Positions 49,605-63,095 of a stretch of DNA of 64,000 nt are shown in pieces; within the stretch, counting starts at the first letter, position 1, and the number at the start of each line of letters is the position of its first letter. The notes beneath the pieces are model-generated. The model was not told the DNA's origin, searched no databases, and worked only from the letters and a program-made list of their open reading frames with translations. The position numbers and the translations under genes are program-made. Origin of the DNA: Lingula anatina (Eukaryota; Animalia; Brachiopoda); NCBI GenBank assembly GCA_051362555.1, contig CM120640.1:19530001-19594000 (forward strand), written 5' to 3'.

Positions 49605-51896
49605 ATTTACATCCAACGTATGTACCTGAAATTAAAAGGCGGTCTTAATTCACAGATAACTACATAAATATGAAATAGAGAGAAAGGAGAGAGACTCCAA
49701 ATACTTGCATCCGAGCCATCAGAAATCTGACGTTGCCGGTCGCTTTTATCATATCCGTCATATCACCTGTAATGTCATTTAAACCGCAAGCAGTGTCCGG
49801 TGTTAAGTGGGAGAGCAAACATACAATGGACCACTCAAAACATACTCAGCCCTTACTTCTCTACATCTAGGTCAGCCCATGGGAACGTACACTTTGATTA
49901 CTTATCCTTTGCCATCTAAAACATAAACATACCTATCTATTTCCTTATTTATGATAAACACGTATCAACCCGTCTCCAATAAAAACAAAAGCCCGAAAAG
50001 CGGAACTAAATGCTTTACTCATCAGCTTAACTTGACACTAAAATAGTGACTCAGATTTTATTATCTCTGTTTCGTGCAAAAGTTAATTCATTATCACGAA
50101 ATCACATCCTTCGCGGTACAAGGTGCCAGTAAGAGCGACAATCCAAGGCGACGCTGTGGAATGAAGCTATTGTATGACTCGTTCAGTTACTGGCTTTTGG
50201 GGTGGATTTGGCAAGAATTTTAACACCCTAGCCAACTTAATATTATATTGTGCCCCTTTTCTTTTTTTCTTGCTTAAAAAGACAATGACAGCAGATGTTG
50301 TTAACCGAGCTGAAACATTATCCAAAAATATGCACCTACGTTCGTAAGGGGACTGACAATGTAAACGAAATTGGGAAAAGGGATGGATCTGGGGGATCTT
50401 TATGAATTATTTGGTAACGCCCCCACCCCCCCTCCTTTAATACACCGTAAAAAAGAAAGCATTCCATTGCCACATTGTTTCCAATCAATCCTAAACTTAC
50501 CATCGGCGTGCAAAGCTTTTTAAAAATCCCTTTAGAGGTGAAAGTATATGTGTAATAGTCTATGTCAGCAGCAGGGCCTATTGTAACCACCGTTCTTAAT
50601 ACCTATTGTAAAGTCAGTCTTTGTCAAGATAAAGGTTGATCTAATATCCGAATATTAACCCCAGCTCTCTCAGTGGTCGTCAGTGATATGAAGCACTGAC
50701 TTCGCGCGTCAAATATGCAGGTTGACCAATATCTAACCCACCATTATATAACTTACCAGGTCAAATCCTGTAAAATCTTCAAAATGGACATGACTTTTTG
50801 AGATGTAAATGATACCCTATATTTTGGACCCTCTGTATGGGTCAAAGAGAATACGCATTTTAGGTATTCTTATGCCTTACCTGTTGCTCAAAGTCTTCAC
50901 GCAGGTGCCTGAGACACGATCTAAACTATAAGAAAAGTCACAAAATCAAAATTGCCAAATAGTAGTGGCTATAGTGAACGGTCTTGCCCTGTGAATAAGC
51001 ATTGACGTGCAGAGATACAAAGTCACGGTGCGTGGGTTTCCACACGTTGAATCACGTCCACTTGCAGCCCTTACAGCACAATTCAGATATGTAACTGGGG
51101 TACTGGTGAGTCACCGCACTCCCTAAGAAAATCAGGGTGGTTGAAGGACAAAAACCTCTTCCGCCGGCTCAGTTTGATCGGTAATTGTGGCTGTTGAGGT
51201 CGTCTAGGGTTTATGTGGGACAAGGCATTGGTACTAAATGGGTCGCGAGCCTTCTCTTCTGTGTTCAATGTGTTTGTATATAGTGCAAATTATGACGCAC
51301 GCCCTTCCCATTGTTGACCAACTTTATACAGCCGTTTATAGACAGTGTATAGAGTTTATATGGTTATGCACGCACGTGTACAAATAATACTGACCGCTTT
51401 TACAGACTGAGAGATGAATGAAATCTGTGAAATCATAGCCGGTCGGGCCGCATGCTGTACCTGACATGGGATACGTTCGGAATTCAGACTAAATGAAATG
51501 ACATTTTTCAAAAAAATGTCGATAAAACAGTACGTCATGCCTGATTTTACATAGGTGGTTTAAGACAAAAAATAGACGTCATGTAGTTCTTTATTTTTAG
51601 CATTCTGAGCATCTGATTTCATAACTGGTAAATGAAGTGACAAGGTAAATGTATTAAATAAGGCATATATTAAACTGAGAAGAAAATTTTGTCAAGAAGT
51701 GAGAAATCAACCTGTGGTAGAGAGTAGCAGTATATTGTGCTTTTCACAATTTACACACTGCGAAAGAAAACACGGTATAAACATCATGTTCCTGGATTTG
51801 AAGTCTTATCCCTGTTGGAGGTTTTCCTTCGCGGATTTTCACCTCTTATCCTCTTTTAAATTGAAAACAACATCTACACCAGTGATTTTAACAAGC

Positions 51897-51945
<49 letters not shown>

Positions 51946-53607
51946 ACTCACTCTAAACCAAACAAGCACTTTTTTGAATGGCTACTGTTGTCAGAGATTG
52001 CAGACTGAATGCAATGGCATTTTCATAAAAAAAATAGTGGTTGATAAAAACAGTCATGATTGATTCAATGGGTGGTCCATGTTTGAAGAAATGACAGCTT
52101 CTATTAAAACTCAGACGTCGGTTGTCAGTTATTTTAAGCGTCTGATTTCGTGACTGGCAAACTAAGCGATAAAGTACCTGTAAGACAGATACCTGTAAAT
52201 TCATGATTCTGATTATTTGCAATCATGTAAACAGTAAATTGAGCCGTCATGGGTAAAATAAAACACCATTTTTAAGCATTTAATATTTATTTATTTATTA
52301 ATGTGACATGCATGTGAATAAATATAAATATATAAATCACTCAGCTTTATGGGTCTACAAGTTACCGAACTTAATACATTTATCAAATACATAGAATTAA
52401 GGTTATAAGTTATATGCAAACACTATAAGATATATTATAACACAGTAGTAATATTAGTTGTTAATACTGATAATGCAGTAGTATTATTAGTAGTGGGATC
52501 CCGGGTTGGAAATTTTCTCTCTATTTACGTTTTTTTTTTTTTTTTTTTTGTAAAGATTTGTACCGGATTTATCGTAACCTTTTAACCTTTATCTTTATGT
52601 ATTAAAGATTTTCTTCGTTAAACAGCCACCTCTTTTAGTGTACGGGAACTGTAGTCAGGGATAACAGATTGAAATACACAAATACATATCTAAAACAACT
52701 GCATGAATTTTTTTCAACTTTTCTAAACACGTGAACGGGTTGGCTTCAAGACTTACCATTTCCAGCGCGCTTTCTGTTGAAACTTCTGAAAGAATGTGAG
52801 CCGGCTAATGCCACACCCTAAAAACCATCCTTCTGAATCGACTGCACATAAAACATTATCACTGCACATGCTAGCAGCTTTTTTCGTGCTTTTTTTTTCA
52901 GAAATCCCAAGCAACTACAAAAATGACGGACTGAGATTTTCAACTTCTGTAGAAAACCAGTATTTCATCATGTAATAGGTTCTATGGGCTAATTTAAGCG
53001 ACTGTAATTCGCTTGACATTCAGTACCTTCCAATCACAGGGGCCTCTGATTGTTACAAAATTGAATAAAATAGTTTGATTCAATTTAGTAACAAACTACA
53101 CGGACTTCTGTTATCAGAAGGTACACATTCAGTACCCTCTACCAGGGCCGCAGTCATTATTGTGGACATTTTTTGCTGAATCGAAGCCAAAATGACTGTC
53201 TATTTATCTATAGACATATCTGTGAATATCTGTGGAAAATCAATCTGTCACCTTGGTAGAGTGTACACATTCAGTACCTTGTCTAGGCCATATTTAATCT
53301 CAGCACTGGTGCGGGGCAAGAAGAGAAGAGCTCGCTCTACCAATAGTACCATGAACGTTTACATAGCAGGACCTCCGTGAGAACAAAGCAGTTTCGTCGA
53401 ATAATTCTTCACGACACTATTTTACCGAGAGAAAAAGATAAGACGTTTCTGTCGATCGATATATCCTCTACACAGTTTAGTGACACATGTAAAGATCAAT
53501 TAAGAAAAAGATTTATGAAGAAATAGATGACAACGGACAAAATTGAAATATTTAAATGATTACATAAAGAAAAGAATAAACATACAACTATAAACAAGAT
53601 TTGATGT

Positions 53608-53772
53608 CTGGCCCGTAGCCAGCAATTGCAAAAGTGGGTGCTTTTTTTATGAAAATGTGGGTCTCCTGTCATGAAACCTTTGTTTATCTAGATCAAATTT
53701 ACTCAGTTTGGACCTTTTCCCAGCAAAAAGGACAGTTATTTCGAACCCCCCCTCCCCCTGGCTACGGGCCTA
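53608..53772. mobile_element. Short hAT-like MITE
   Basis: Perfect 13-bp inverted termini GGCCCGTAGCCAG (53610-53622) and CTGGCTACGGGCC (53758-53770), with a subterminal C-run. No clear target duplication. Confidence 0.7.
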
Positions 53773-54773
53773 GATCTCAAACCTACCTTGTCGATCTATC
53801 TGTCCTGGGTAATGCAGTCAAATATTTAAACAAATAAGAATTAAAATGACGACAATCAAGGAATCCACCACAATTGAATATTTGAAATCTGGGATGAGGG
53901 GTTGGCGGCATTACCTCACGTATATAGATTTAGAAATGGGAGAATGTGACATTAGAGATGTGACATTAGCCGCCACTTGACTAACACTATACAAGTATGC
54001 AAAGACCAATCTATGCATTGGTCCACCCAGCCTTTTGATGTATGGGACCCTGATCTTCAGGCACGGAAAACTTTTTGGTCCTTCTTGACCGCAAATGGGC
54101 TCTCTACAGTAGGCCTATATTTATTATTCCACTTATTTACTTTACTGAGATCAGGATAAAATTTGTTGAGATGCATTCTGACCTTGGCCCCTGTTTTACA
54201 GCATTTCTTTAACGCTGATTCGTCTAGATTATAGTCATGTTTATTTTTGTCTTAATTATTTTCTTTTTGTTATCAACATTTAGGCCTATGGGTTCCTCAC
54301 GAGTTAAAAATGTAAGTAACCCACCAATCACAGGAAATGTGTTTGTGGCGATACGAAAGCACAATTTCAGGTATCACTAAAATGCATACTAATAGACCCC
54401 GGAAAGGATGCTAGTTTTAGTCTTTCTGCACATCTGCACATGGGATCTATTGCCCGATAAAACAATTTTTAAGCAATTCTAAGTCGACAGAAGTTTTCAG
54501 TCGATTTTTTTTTATAATTTCGATGAATTTTACTTGCAATTTAGGAGTAGCATTTTTAAATATGGGTTTTGAAAAGGCCCTATAAATTCATTCCACTCTA
54601 AAACGGTAGAAATAGGGCCATGCAGTTAGGGACAAAACCCTACAACCCTTATAAAAATAATTTCCAACAAAACTAATAATTATAAACTTAAATAATATGG
54701 CATATATTCTAATTAAAGTTGATCTGGTTAATTAAATTAGCCCCTTTACGACAAAATTGTTTTCACGATTTTA

Positions 54774-54811
<38 letters not shown>

Positions 54812-55139
54812 TGTGTGTGTGTGTGTTGGGTAAAGAAGCTGTAAAATCTGACAGATTTTAGTGTACGCCTGTGCCATTTAATTGCATTTATTGGAAACTA
54901 GCAGCGCTATCACAATCATACCGCTTCCCATGAGATCGAGGGACTTTAGCTGCTGCTGCTCTGCTCCAAAAACAGACAAAAACACTCTTGAAGTCATAGC
55001 TTGTTTATAGAAGTTCAAATCTGTGTCAAGTTTGTGTGGTTCTATTTCATGAGCAAATAACTTGTTTCACTCATAAACCGCCGTTGATAATGTTACACCT
55101 GAGAGCAATCTAGCCGGTCTCAAATACCAATGTATTTTT

Positions 55140-55413
55140 AACCAATCGGAAACAAGAATACCAAACGCTCCGTGTGGAAACTGACATTCCTTTTGGTGAC
55201 GTCACATACAAGTACTTTAGACTAAATAAAAAGTTACAAAGCCTTTAGTGTCATATCAGACGTTGGAATAACCACTGTTCCTTTTCATAGACCCATGATT
55301 GTAATTAGATAGTGTAAAAGGGGTAACTGAAAAAGTTCTGTGGCAGTTCGTCTGTAATTACTGCGCATGCTCTAAAATCAGCCATATTGGATGTGGAAGA
55401 AACCTTGGGAGGA
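55140..55413 (+). promoter_or_regulatory. Probable promoter and first non-coding exon of the TAO kinase gene
   Basis: CCAAT (55142), CRE palindrome TGACGTCA (55197-55204), NRF1-like TGCGCATGC (55362-55370), YY1-like GCCATATTG (55381) and a GGA|gtaagt donor at 55413/55414. Downstream DNA becomes T-rich and CpG-poor, as expected for a plus-strand intron. Confidence 0.55.
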
Positions 55414-58400
55414 GTAAGTACGTAAACTAAACTTGAATATTAGAGTAGAATGATCATGTGGGAGGATTTAGTCTTTATCCAAAGGCCCTAGCATTCGACA
55501 GTGTGGTGTCGGTTGGTTTCCCGTTTCTATCTGCCCACTCTTAAAGAGTTATTTTAATAAGCCCACGAGACCTAGCTAAAATTCATCGCTTTGTGTTTGG
55601 GATTTCTGATGTATAACTAGAAGAAATTCTCTAATAAATGTTTTTATGGCTGTTTAAGTCAGGGGGAAATGAAAATTGGAATATTTTATTACTCCCTGGC
55701 GATGCTACATAATTGAACCTTGTAGAATTACTGTTACGGAACTAAATATCATCATTCCTCATTGAGGAAATCAAGTCAATTCTGTTTGAAGTGATAAGAG
55801 TTAATTTGAAAAAGACGTTTGATAGATTTTGTAAATTGAATTAGATGAATGGCCAAAAAAAGCTGATTGTTATTGTTGAAATCTATTTTCGTTTAATTTC
55901 AAAAGGAATTTCCAAACCTTAAGCAGGAAATGTTGGTCTGGTTTAATATGGACTGAAAATCCATTAGGTCCAACACATTGGCTTACAATCACACCATTTC
56001 ATTGCACTTTCTGCCTGTGAACAGTTTGTAATGTCGCAGCAGACAGTAGTTACATTGGTGAATTCGTCATATTATGGACAACTGCCAAGAATGACATTCT
56101 TTTTGGTGTACAATATTGACTGAGAATCCAAACCGTTTCTAAAGAGTTAAAACTGCACTTGTTTGTTCTCTAAAGTAATTAATGGTAAGTCCAGCATGTC
56201 ATCACCAGTTTTTTTGGAGAAATTGTAATGTTTTCAATCTAAATTAATTTATTAAAGTACCCCCCCTTTTTTTTTATACTAATGATCTAAAATCTTATAT
56301 TTCACGTTGTTGTGATAATACCAAACTTGATGTTACACATCAGATTGAATCAAAATTTTCCTAGAAAGCTTGATATGAGTGATTTTGATTGCAGTTGATT
56401 TATTCAATTCATTTTCTGCAGCAGTAGTTTTATGAATAATATATTGCACTGGTATGATGTATATATAAATGTTTAAAATCAAAGAATAAAGTAATAGAAA
56501 TCAGCTGTGTATTTGTATGTATGGTGCTCTACTAAGTATATTTTTTCATGAGGTCACATCCAGTCATCAATATCAGTATCCATTTTTGAACTGCACATGG
56601 TCTGAAGTTCATATCTTGATTCTGCACAGTCCTTCAGGGTTAGAATTGAATCAATACATTTAGACTTGGGATTTGTGATCAGATTGCTGTTAGAAGCCGG
56701 CTGTTAAAGTCCATGCTATATGGCATTGTTTATAGCAGTGGTAATGCAAGAGATAGTAATGATGTTCTGTAGTGATATACCAGTTTTGTTTGAAGCAAAG
56801 CATTTTGTTTGCTGAGAACTGCTGAACACTGGCTTACAGAAGACATTTTCTGAAGGAAGCATACTAGAAAAATGTGATTGATCACAGATTTCATGTTTTA
56901 TAGAGATTTGTAATAAAGAGTACTTGAAAGGTTTTTTAGGTTGTGATAAGGGTCCTGTGTTTGTTCTGTTGCTTTGACATGTTTTGTACCTGAGAACCAA
57001 TTGATATTCTGCCTTTTGTGATCTTGTGTCCAAGCAAGTATAACAATTTTTAATATTCATAAAACTCATCTAGATACACACTTTTCTATAAATACATTTC
57101 TGTAGTGAGTATAAGATCTGTTTAGAGTTCTTGCAAAAATCAGAGATCCATTGTTATTTGGTCGTTGAAGTTTGAGAAGATGACTCTTGAGGGCACAGTA
57201 GATGAAACATTGATTTTCTTCTGTTCCTGTGAAGGGTTTTCATTGGTTTAACCTGGCCTGACTTTGGATCCTTTTTTTATATGGCAAATACACAGTTGGT
57301 ATTTAATATTTAAGGGATGTCCATTTGATGTACAAACCAATCTTTTCTGGCATGTTCACAGTCTGACAAACCTAGACAAAGAATGAACCAATATATGTCA
57401 CCAGACTGTTTGAAATTTTAAGTTCTAATTAAGGTGCTATGGATGTCCCTATGTATTCTGATCACCCGTGAAGGTAGTTTGTCTATTCTAGCTATATTAT
57501 AATTACTTCTTAAATTTGAACAAAATGAATTAATGGTATTCTTTGAAACAGTGTTTTGTTAACATAAAACGTACAAATATTGACTCAGAAGTTCCAAATA
57601 CTAGGTTGGTATCATGTCAAAGTGCATTTTTGTGAGGTAAAAGCTTAAAATAATTAATCTTGATTAAGTGATATACTGGGGTGTTTGAAATTTTCTATCA
57701 AGTATGTGGCATGCCATGTTAGTGTTTTTTGTGAATAAACCTAATCTTTTTTAGTCTGTGATCTACGTTGTAGCAATTAAATGACCAGATGCTATATACC
57801 AGCTTCATTATAAGTCCAAAGTGAAAAATATTATCTTGGGATAAATTATCGGATATGTTTTATTCATTTCCAAGTGGATCTCTAGAGATGTCTTTTTAAT
57901 TTATTAAATTATTTTATTTATTTATTTAAAGTAAGTTTTTGTTTAAGTGGTGCTTTATTTAGACATGTAAGAAATTTGACATGTGTAAGCAAAATTGTGG
58001 ATATGTTTTGGTGATTTTATTATCTAAAATCATTATCTAAGTTGGTATCATTTTATTTATAAGTTAGGCAAAAAGAAGCAAGTTCAAATTTTATGAAGCA
58101 CTAGCCTGAACGTTGTAATCTTGAGTCTATTTTAACACTCAGTAAAACATGATAACTATCTTTGCTCCAAAAGTTGATTCACTGATCGTCATGTGGCATT
58201 CCTACATTTATGTTGCATGGTTTTGGTACAACAGCATCTTTAAGACTTAACGTCATATTTAAGTACTGCAATGAACTATGTTGGTGTACTTTACAATTGT
58301 TTGTTTGTGCGCATTTGTATGAAATTATGCATGATTTATTTCCGTAATATTCAATTAAGCACATGCTTGCAATATTTTTGTCTTTTTAAAATTGCCAGTT

Positions 58401-61400
58401 TTTGATCACAGGGAAAAAGGAAAGGAAAGAAGTCTGCGTCAAGACTTACAAACAGTTTAATTTAGTATGAAAAAAGAGGGAACAGGTCGAAATGGCTCTA
58501 TAAAAGTGCCTTTTGATACCCGAATCCAAGTGTCACATGATTCCTATCACTTGACTATCACATCACATGAACTTTTTCAGATAGCTCGAAGTGAAAACTC
58601 CTTTCTAAATTTATGAAATACAGCAACAAATTCACATACATAATTAATAACACAATTGGACAGTGATTATCTCATTAGTTAAGTTTCTTGATAACACCTT
58701 GAAAAAAAGAAACAGTGCTGTATCTCTTGCTTAGTAATACAACCTTCAGATTTTCTACTGTGACAGCTTAACCAAAGAGCCCATTCAGAACAGATGATCC
58801 TCAGATGAACTGATCCGCAGATCAAATATGGCCGACCCATCATAATAGGAAGTCGCTTTCTCTCCTAATGGTGTTAAATTCATTCCACCACAGATTAATT
58901 GGTTGGTAAAAAATGCTGAGGTTTTGTTTATAATAAAGAAATATGTTCTTCTTTCAAAACCACAAGTTAAAAGCAAATTGTCTTTTTTATCAGTAGCAAA
59001 TGGTTACACCAACGAGACTCTGTGCACCACTGACTATTGTAGACGGTTTAGGTTTCAATATATATAAAGCCTTGTCATACTTAAATTTTGGAAGTTATAC
59101 TGATTGGCAAGAAGATATTCCATATACCTTAAAGTTTCCAGTTGGGATATCCAGGGGAACATGAGCGTATTTTAAAGTTTTTAACTTTGACTTGAATTTT
59201 AAGTATTGTGACTAATAGCTTGAGAATGTTTTTCACAGTTAAGCTCTTTAGTTCCAATATATAGGATTGTCAAATAAGCCCTAGGGTATTTCCCCTGCCC
59301 CTCCCCCTCTTTTTAAAGAAAAAAAATGTAAAAAAAATTCAACAAAGCATCTTTTTAGTTGACATGCTGCATGGAAATTGGATCACTGATAAGCAAAACA
59401 AAATGTTGGTGATGGTGTACATGCGACACATTTTCACTTTTGCTTATCAGAGTTGCTAGTTTTGTAATTTTTTTTTCTTGCTGGTGGTGGGAGGGAGGCT
59501 GGCCATTGTCATTTGTTTTTCAGTGATAATAACAATAAGTAATAAGGTGTGGGACAGTGACTGAAGATAGGGATGCAGAAAAACATGACAGAATTAATGT
59601 CCTGGGTTTTACATGGTAGTAACAATGACTAAAGAAGGGCACACCTATAAAATAGGACAGTATTGTTTAAGTGCAAATCTTACACAAGATGCTTGTTTGT
59701 GACAGTGTGTTAAGTTAGTCGTTTGTGATTGTTCTTTTGGACACGCCACTTGAATTTCAGGAATGTGCAATCCAAACAGATCGGGCTACATGTCAGAGGA
59801 CTAGGAAAGAAAACAAGGTGACAAAAGGTGTGACATGAGGCCTTTATTTGCTGTTCTATTCACCTGGTCATACATCCTGCATTGAGTATAGGGGATTGTG
59901 TTTTAAGCCTTTAAACTACAGTCAAAAGAGTAAAATAGAATCATATTGATTCTTTAAGCTGCAGTCAAAGGTAAAGAATGTTATTTAACAGGATGGTTGA
60001 AGGTACCTATAAACCTATAATCTTCTATCAGTAGGTTTGGGATAGGATTGCCACGTGATGGCATTATTCTGGGATATGGAAAATGATGGGAAAAAGCCTG
60101 CTGAATTGAAGTCATAAGTGATGTAGTCCAGTACAGAATGGCAAATGTTACTGATGTAGAAAATCTTTTGTATACTAATCCAATTAAGTGATCTTCATAG
60201 TAATTGAGATCCTGTAATTAATATAGCTACGCTGCACAAATCCCATATGAGAAGTAGTATTATGTCATTAAAATCTTTTCAAATAACTGGTATTGGTTGA
60301 GTCTGTGATAACCAACTTCGCTGCACCTGCTGGTCATATAGCTGTTTTAAAACCATTGGAGACTAACAAGGGCCACTGCCGTAAGCCCACCTTAAACAAA
60401 GGATGGCTTGTTTAGGTAATTGATCATGTGGGTTATCTCCGAAGAATTGATAAATGTCACAATAAGAAGTCCGTTCATACTGTATATAGTTCAACTGTTA
60501 TGGTTTGGCATGAGCAGATAAGATGACAGAAGTTCATAAAGCAGGAGTTGGAAGATGGGAAGACTATCAAATGATGTGAAGCGAAGGTTGCGGTTTTCAG
60601 TCTTGTCCTCGGTATTTGGGGGAAACATCAGGTGACGGGTTTGAGAATTGTTTTGTGTTCTCTGCAGATAATTAGTGCCAAATGATTACTAATGTACAGA
60701 CACAAAGCTGTCTGTAAAATCTATGGTGTCACAGACAGTATTTATTTTCATGATCAACAATAGTTAACTTATTTCAAATTAATATGTTACAGTCCAAATT
60801 GTGTGCACTAAGGGCAAACAAATTGCTTTGGGATGGGTAGCATTACATGTGGTCTGTGATTTGTAGTCAGAGCTGCAAACAGTATAGCTCTAATATAATT
60901 TTTTTGCATATTTTAATATGCTTAATGTTGTTTAAAAACAATAAACAAACACTTGTAAATAGAACAGCTGAATAGCAAAAAGAAAGAAAGAACGTGCATA
61001 ATTGCATGAAGTTGGCAACATTGTATATTTGAGTGTCCTATAAGGACTAAAGGCTTTGTACAGGATCTCTTTGAACCTGTAATGTACACATTACCATATT
61101 GAAGACCATTAGGAATGGCCTGTCAGTGCATGGATTATACTCCATTTATAAATAACCTTCCAGAAATGTTCTTTATGAAGGCCAAATGATGTTCAAGGGA
61201 AACACCCCGCAGGGATCTGCCTGGGATACCTCCACATTGTTGGGATTCTAGCAATAAATGAAGTTCTGTTTGCATGAGTGCAGTAGTGATATGAATGTAA
61301 AGGTATAAATAACATGGCATCGATAATGCTTTAGATAGAGGAGTGCAGTCTTTGTGTCACAGTCTGGGCAAATGAGGATCATTAAAGACTTGTTATTTTT

Positions 61401-61920
61401 GCATGTTAAGATTATGAGCATTGAATGATCCATATTGGGGAGTGTTTATAACCTGATGATTTTAAATGTTTCATATCCTGGATCAAATGACATTGATTCA
61501 GGGTTCATGCAGTTATTCAGCGAATTCTTACTCTTTGGTCTAATTCCATACCCAAGGTTTTCAAAGTTCACTTGTGGCGTCAGTCACAAGAACAATAACA
61601 AGTAAGGCCAACCATTCACGCTCTAGCCCCTTTTGTATTTATCGGATTCCCCAGCATCTACATGGTGCAGTGTTTCTATAGTGATTGGTATTTATTTGTT
61701 TTGTTGTACATGTGTGTAATGCATTCAGGTCTTGATGTCAGTGAACTGCAGAAGTTCACTATAAAGATTCACAGTGGAAACAAAGAGCAGCTAAATTGGT
61801 TTGTGCTCTCTGTTTGTCACTTTGTCATCTCTTTGATTTTGATTTTGAACTGACAAACATATTAAGAGTAGATGGATAGGGATGTAATGTTTCAGCACTA
61901 ACATATCTGTAATTTGTGGG

Positions 61921-61925
<5 letters not shown>

Positions 61926-61951
<26 letters not shown>
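61926..61951. repeat. (TG)n microsatellite
   Basis: Direct observation. Confidence 0.9.
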
Positions 61952-62171
61952 ATTGGGGAGGGTGATGGGGGTCTCTCCTAAAGAAAGCAGTAGCTGAACC
62001 ACTAGAATAGGTATATCAAACATTTATTATTATTATTACAAAATTATACTTAAATATAACATTTTTTTTCAGTTGTAGAACAAAATCCTTGATGTCTCCA
62101 TGTGAACAGTGTAGGCTGTCCTACTTGAGCAGCAGGTAGAGAAGGCACCTGTTGTGTCAGAGCGCCTCGTG

Positions 62172-62997
62172 ATGCCTTCCCTACCTAAAGCAGGTAGCAT
62201 TAAAGACCCAGAGGTTGCTGCACTTTTCGCAACTGACGACCCAGAAAAATTATTTTTGGACCTGCGAGAAATTGGCCATGGAAGCTTTGGGGCTGTGTAT
62301 TATGTGAGTATAATAAATTGGATTTGATTATGTATTTAGACTGAGATTAAGTGCAGTTGTATAAAATAGCAGGTTAAAAAATTCAATCACATTTGGGAAC
62401 TTGCTTCTTATGTAAGCTAACTGAATATCGTTTTTTCAATTAGGAGAAAATGTTTATCTTGGTGTCAGTCTCATAATGAATTACTTTGGTCCTATCTTAA
62501 CGCACTGTTTGGACATGCAGTATTTTTATTAATTCAGATATTTCTAGATTAACATTTTACATATATTAATTTTTTTTCCAAGGCCCGACATGAACCAACT
62601 AAAGAAGTTGTGGCTGTCAAGAAGATGTCCTATAGTGGAAAGCAATCTAATGAGGCAAGTTGATTAAAAGTTGGATATTTAATTATTGGACTTTTTTAAT
62701 TGTACCACAATGGATAAAATGTTATATATATTTGAACAAACCATGTTTTTATGTAAAAAATATAGTTGCTTTTACTTTTGGGTCTGTAATATGGTACTAA
62801 TAAAAGTTATAATTTTCATAACTTTCACAGCAATACTTACAAGAGTGTGTGTACATTGCATGTGTGTCAACTGAGCTTTCTCTTCTTACTTACAGAAATG
62901 GCAAGATATTATAAAAGAAGTTCGATTTTTGAAAGAACTAAAGCATGACCATACTATTGACTACAAAGGGTGCTATCTTAAAGAACACACAGCATGG
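62172..62997 (+). CDS. TAOK: TAO kinase (STE20 family, TAOK1/2/3 orthologue), first three coding exons; the gene continues past the window
   Basis: Exons 62172-62303 ([44 protein letters not shown]), 62583-62654 ([24 protein letters not shown]) and 62896-62997 ([34 protein letters not shown]) match the diagnostic TAO N-terminus. All introns are phase 0. Missed by the ORF track because the exons are short. Confidence 0.96.
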
Positions 62998-63095
62998 GTA
63001 AGTCCATACACTTATCACTACACATTCTACAAGGCGTAAAAATGATATAAGATAAAATAAAAACAGCCAGCCAAAGTTACTTTCAAAGCAAACAA

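Noticed and set aside
51032-51042. NF-kB-like site TGGGTTTCCA upstream of the receptor
   Set aside because: Single imperfect short motif and the TSS is unknown. Expected by chance.
51898-51941. Long poly(T), and poly(A) runs at about 43097 and 54776, as retrocopy tails
   Set aside because: No adjacent processed coding sequence or target-site duplications seen. Homopolymer runs are common throughout the window.
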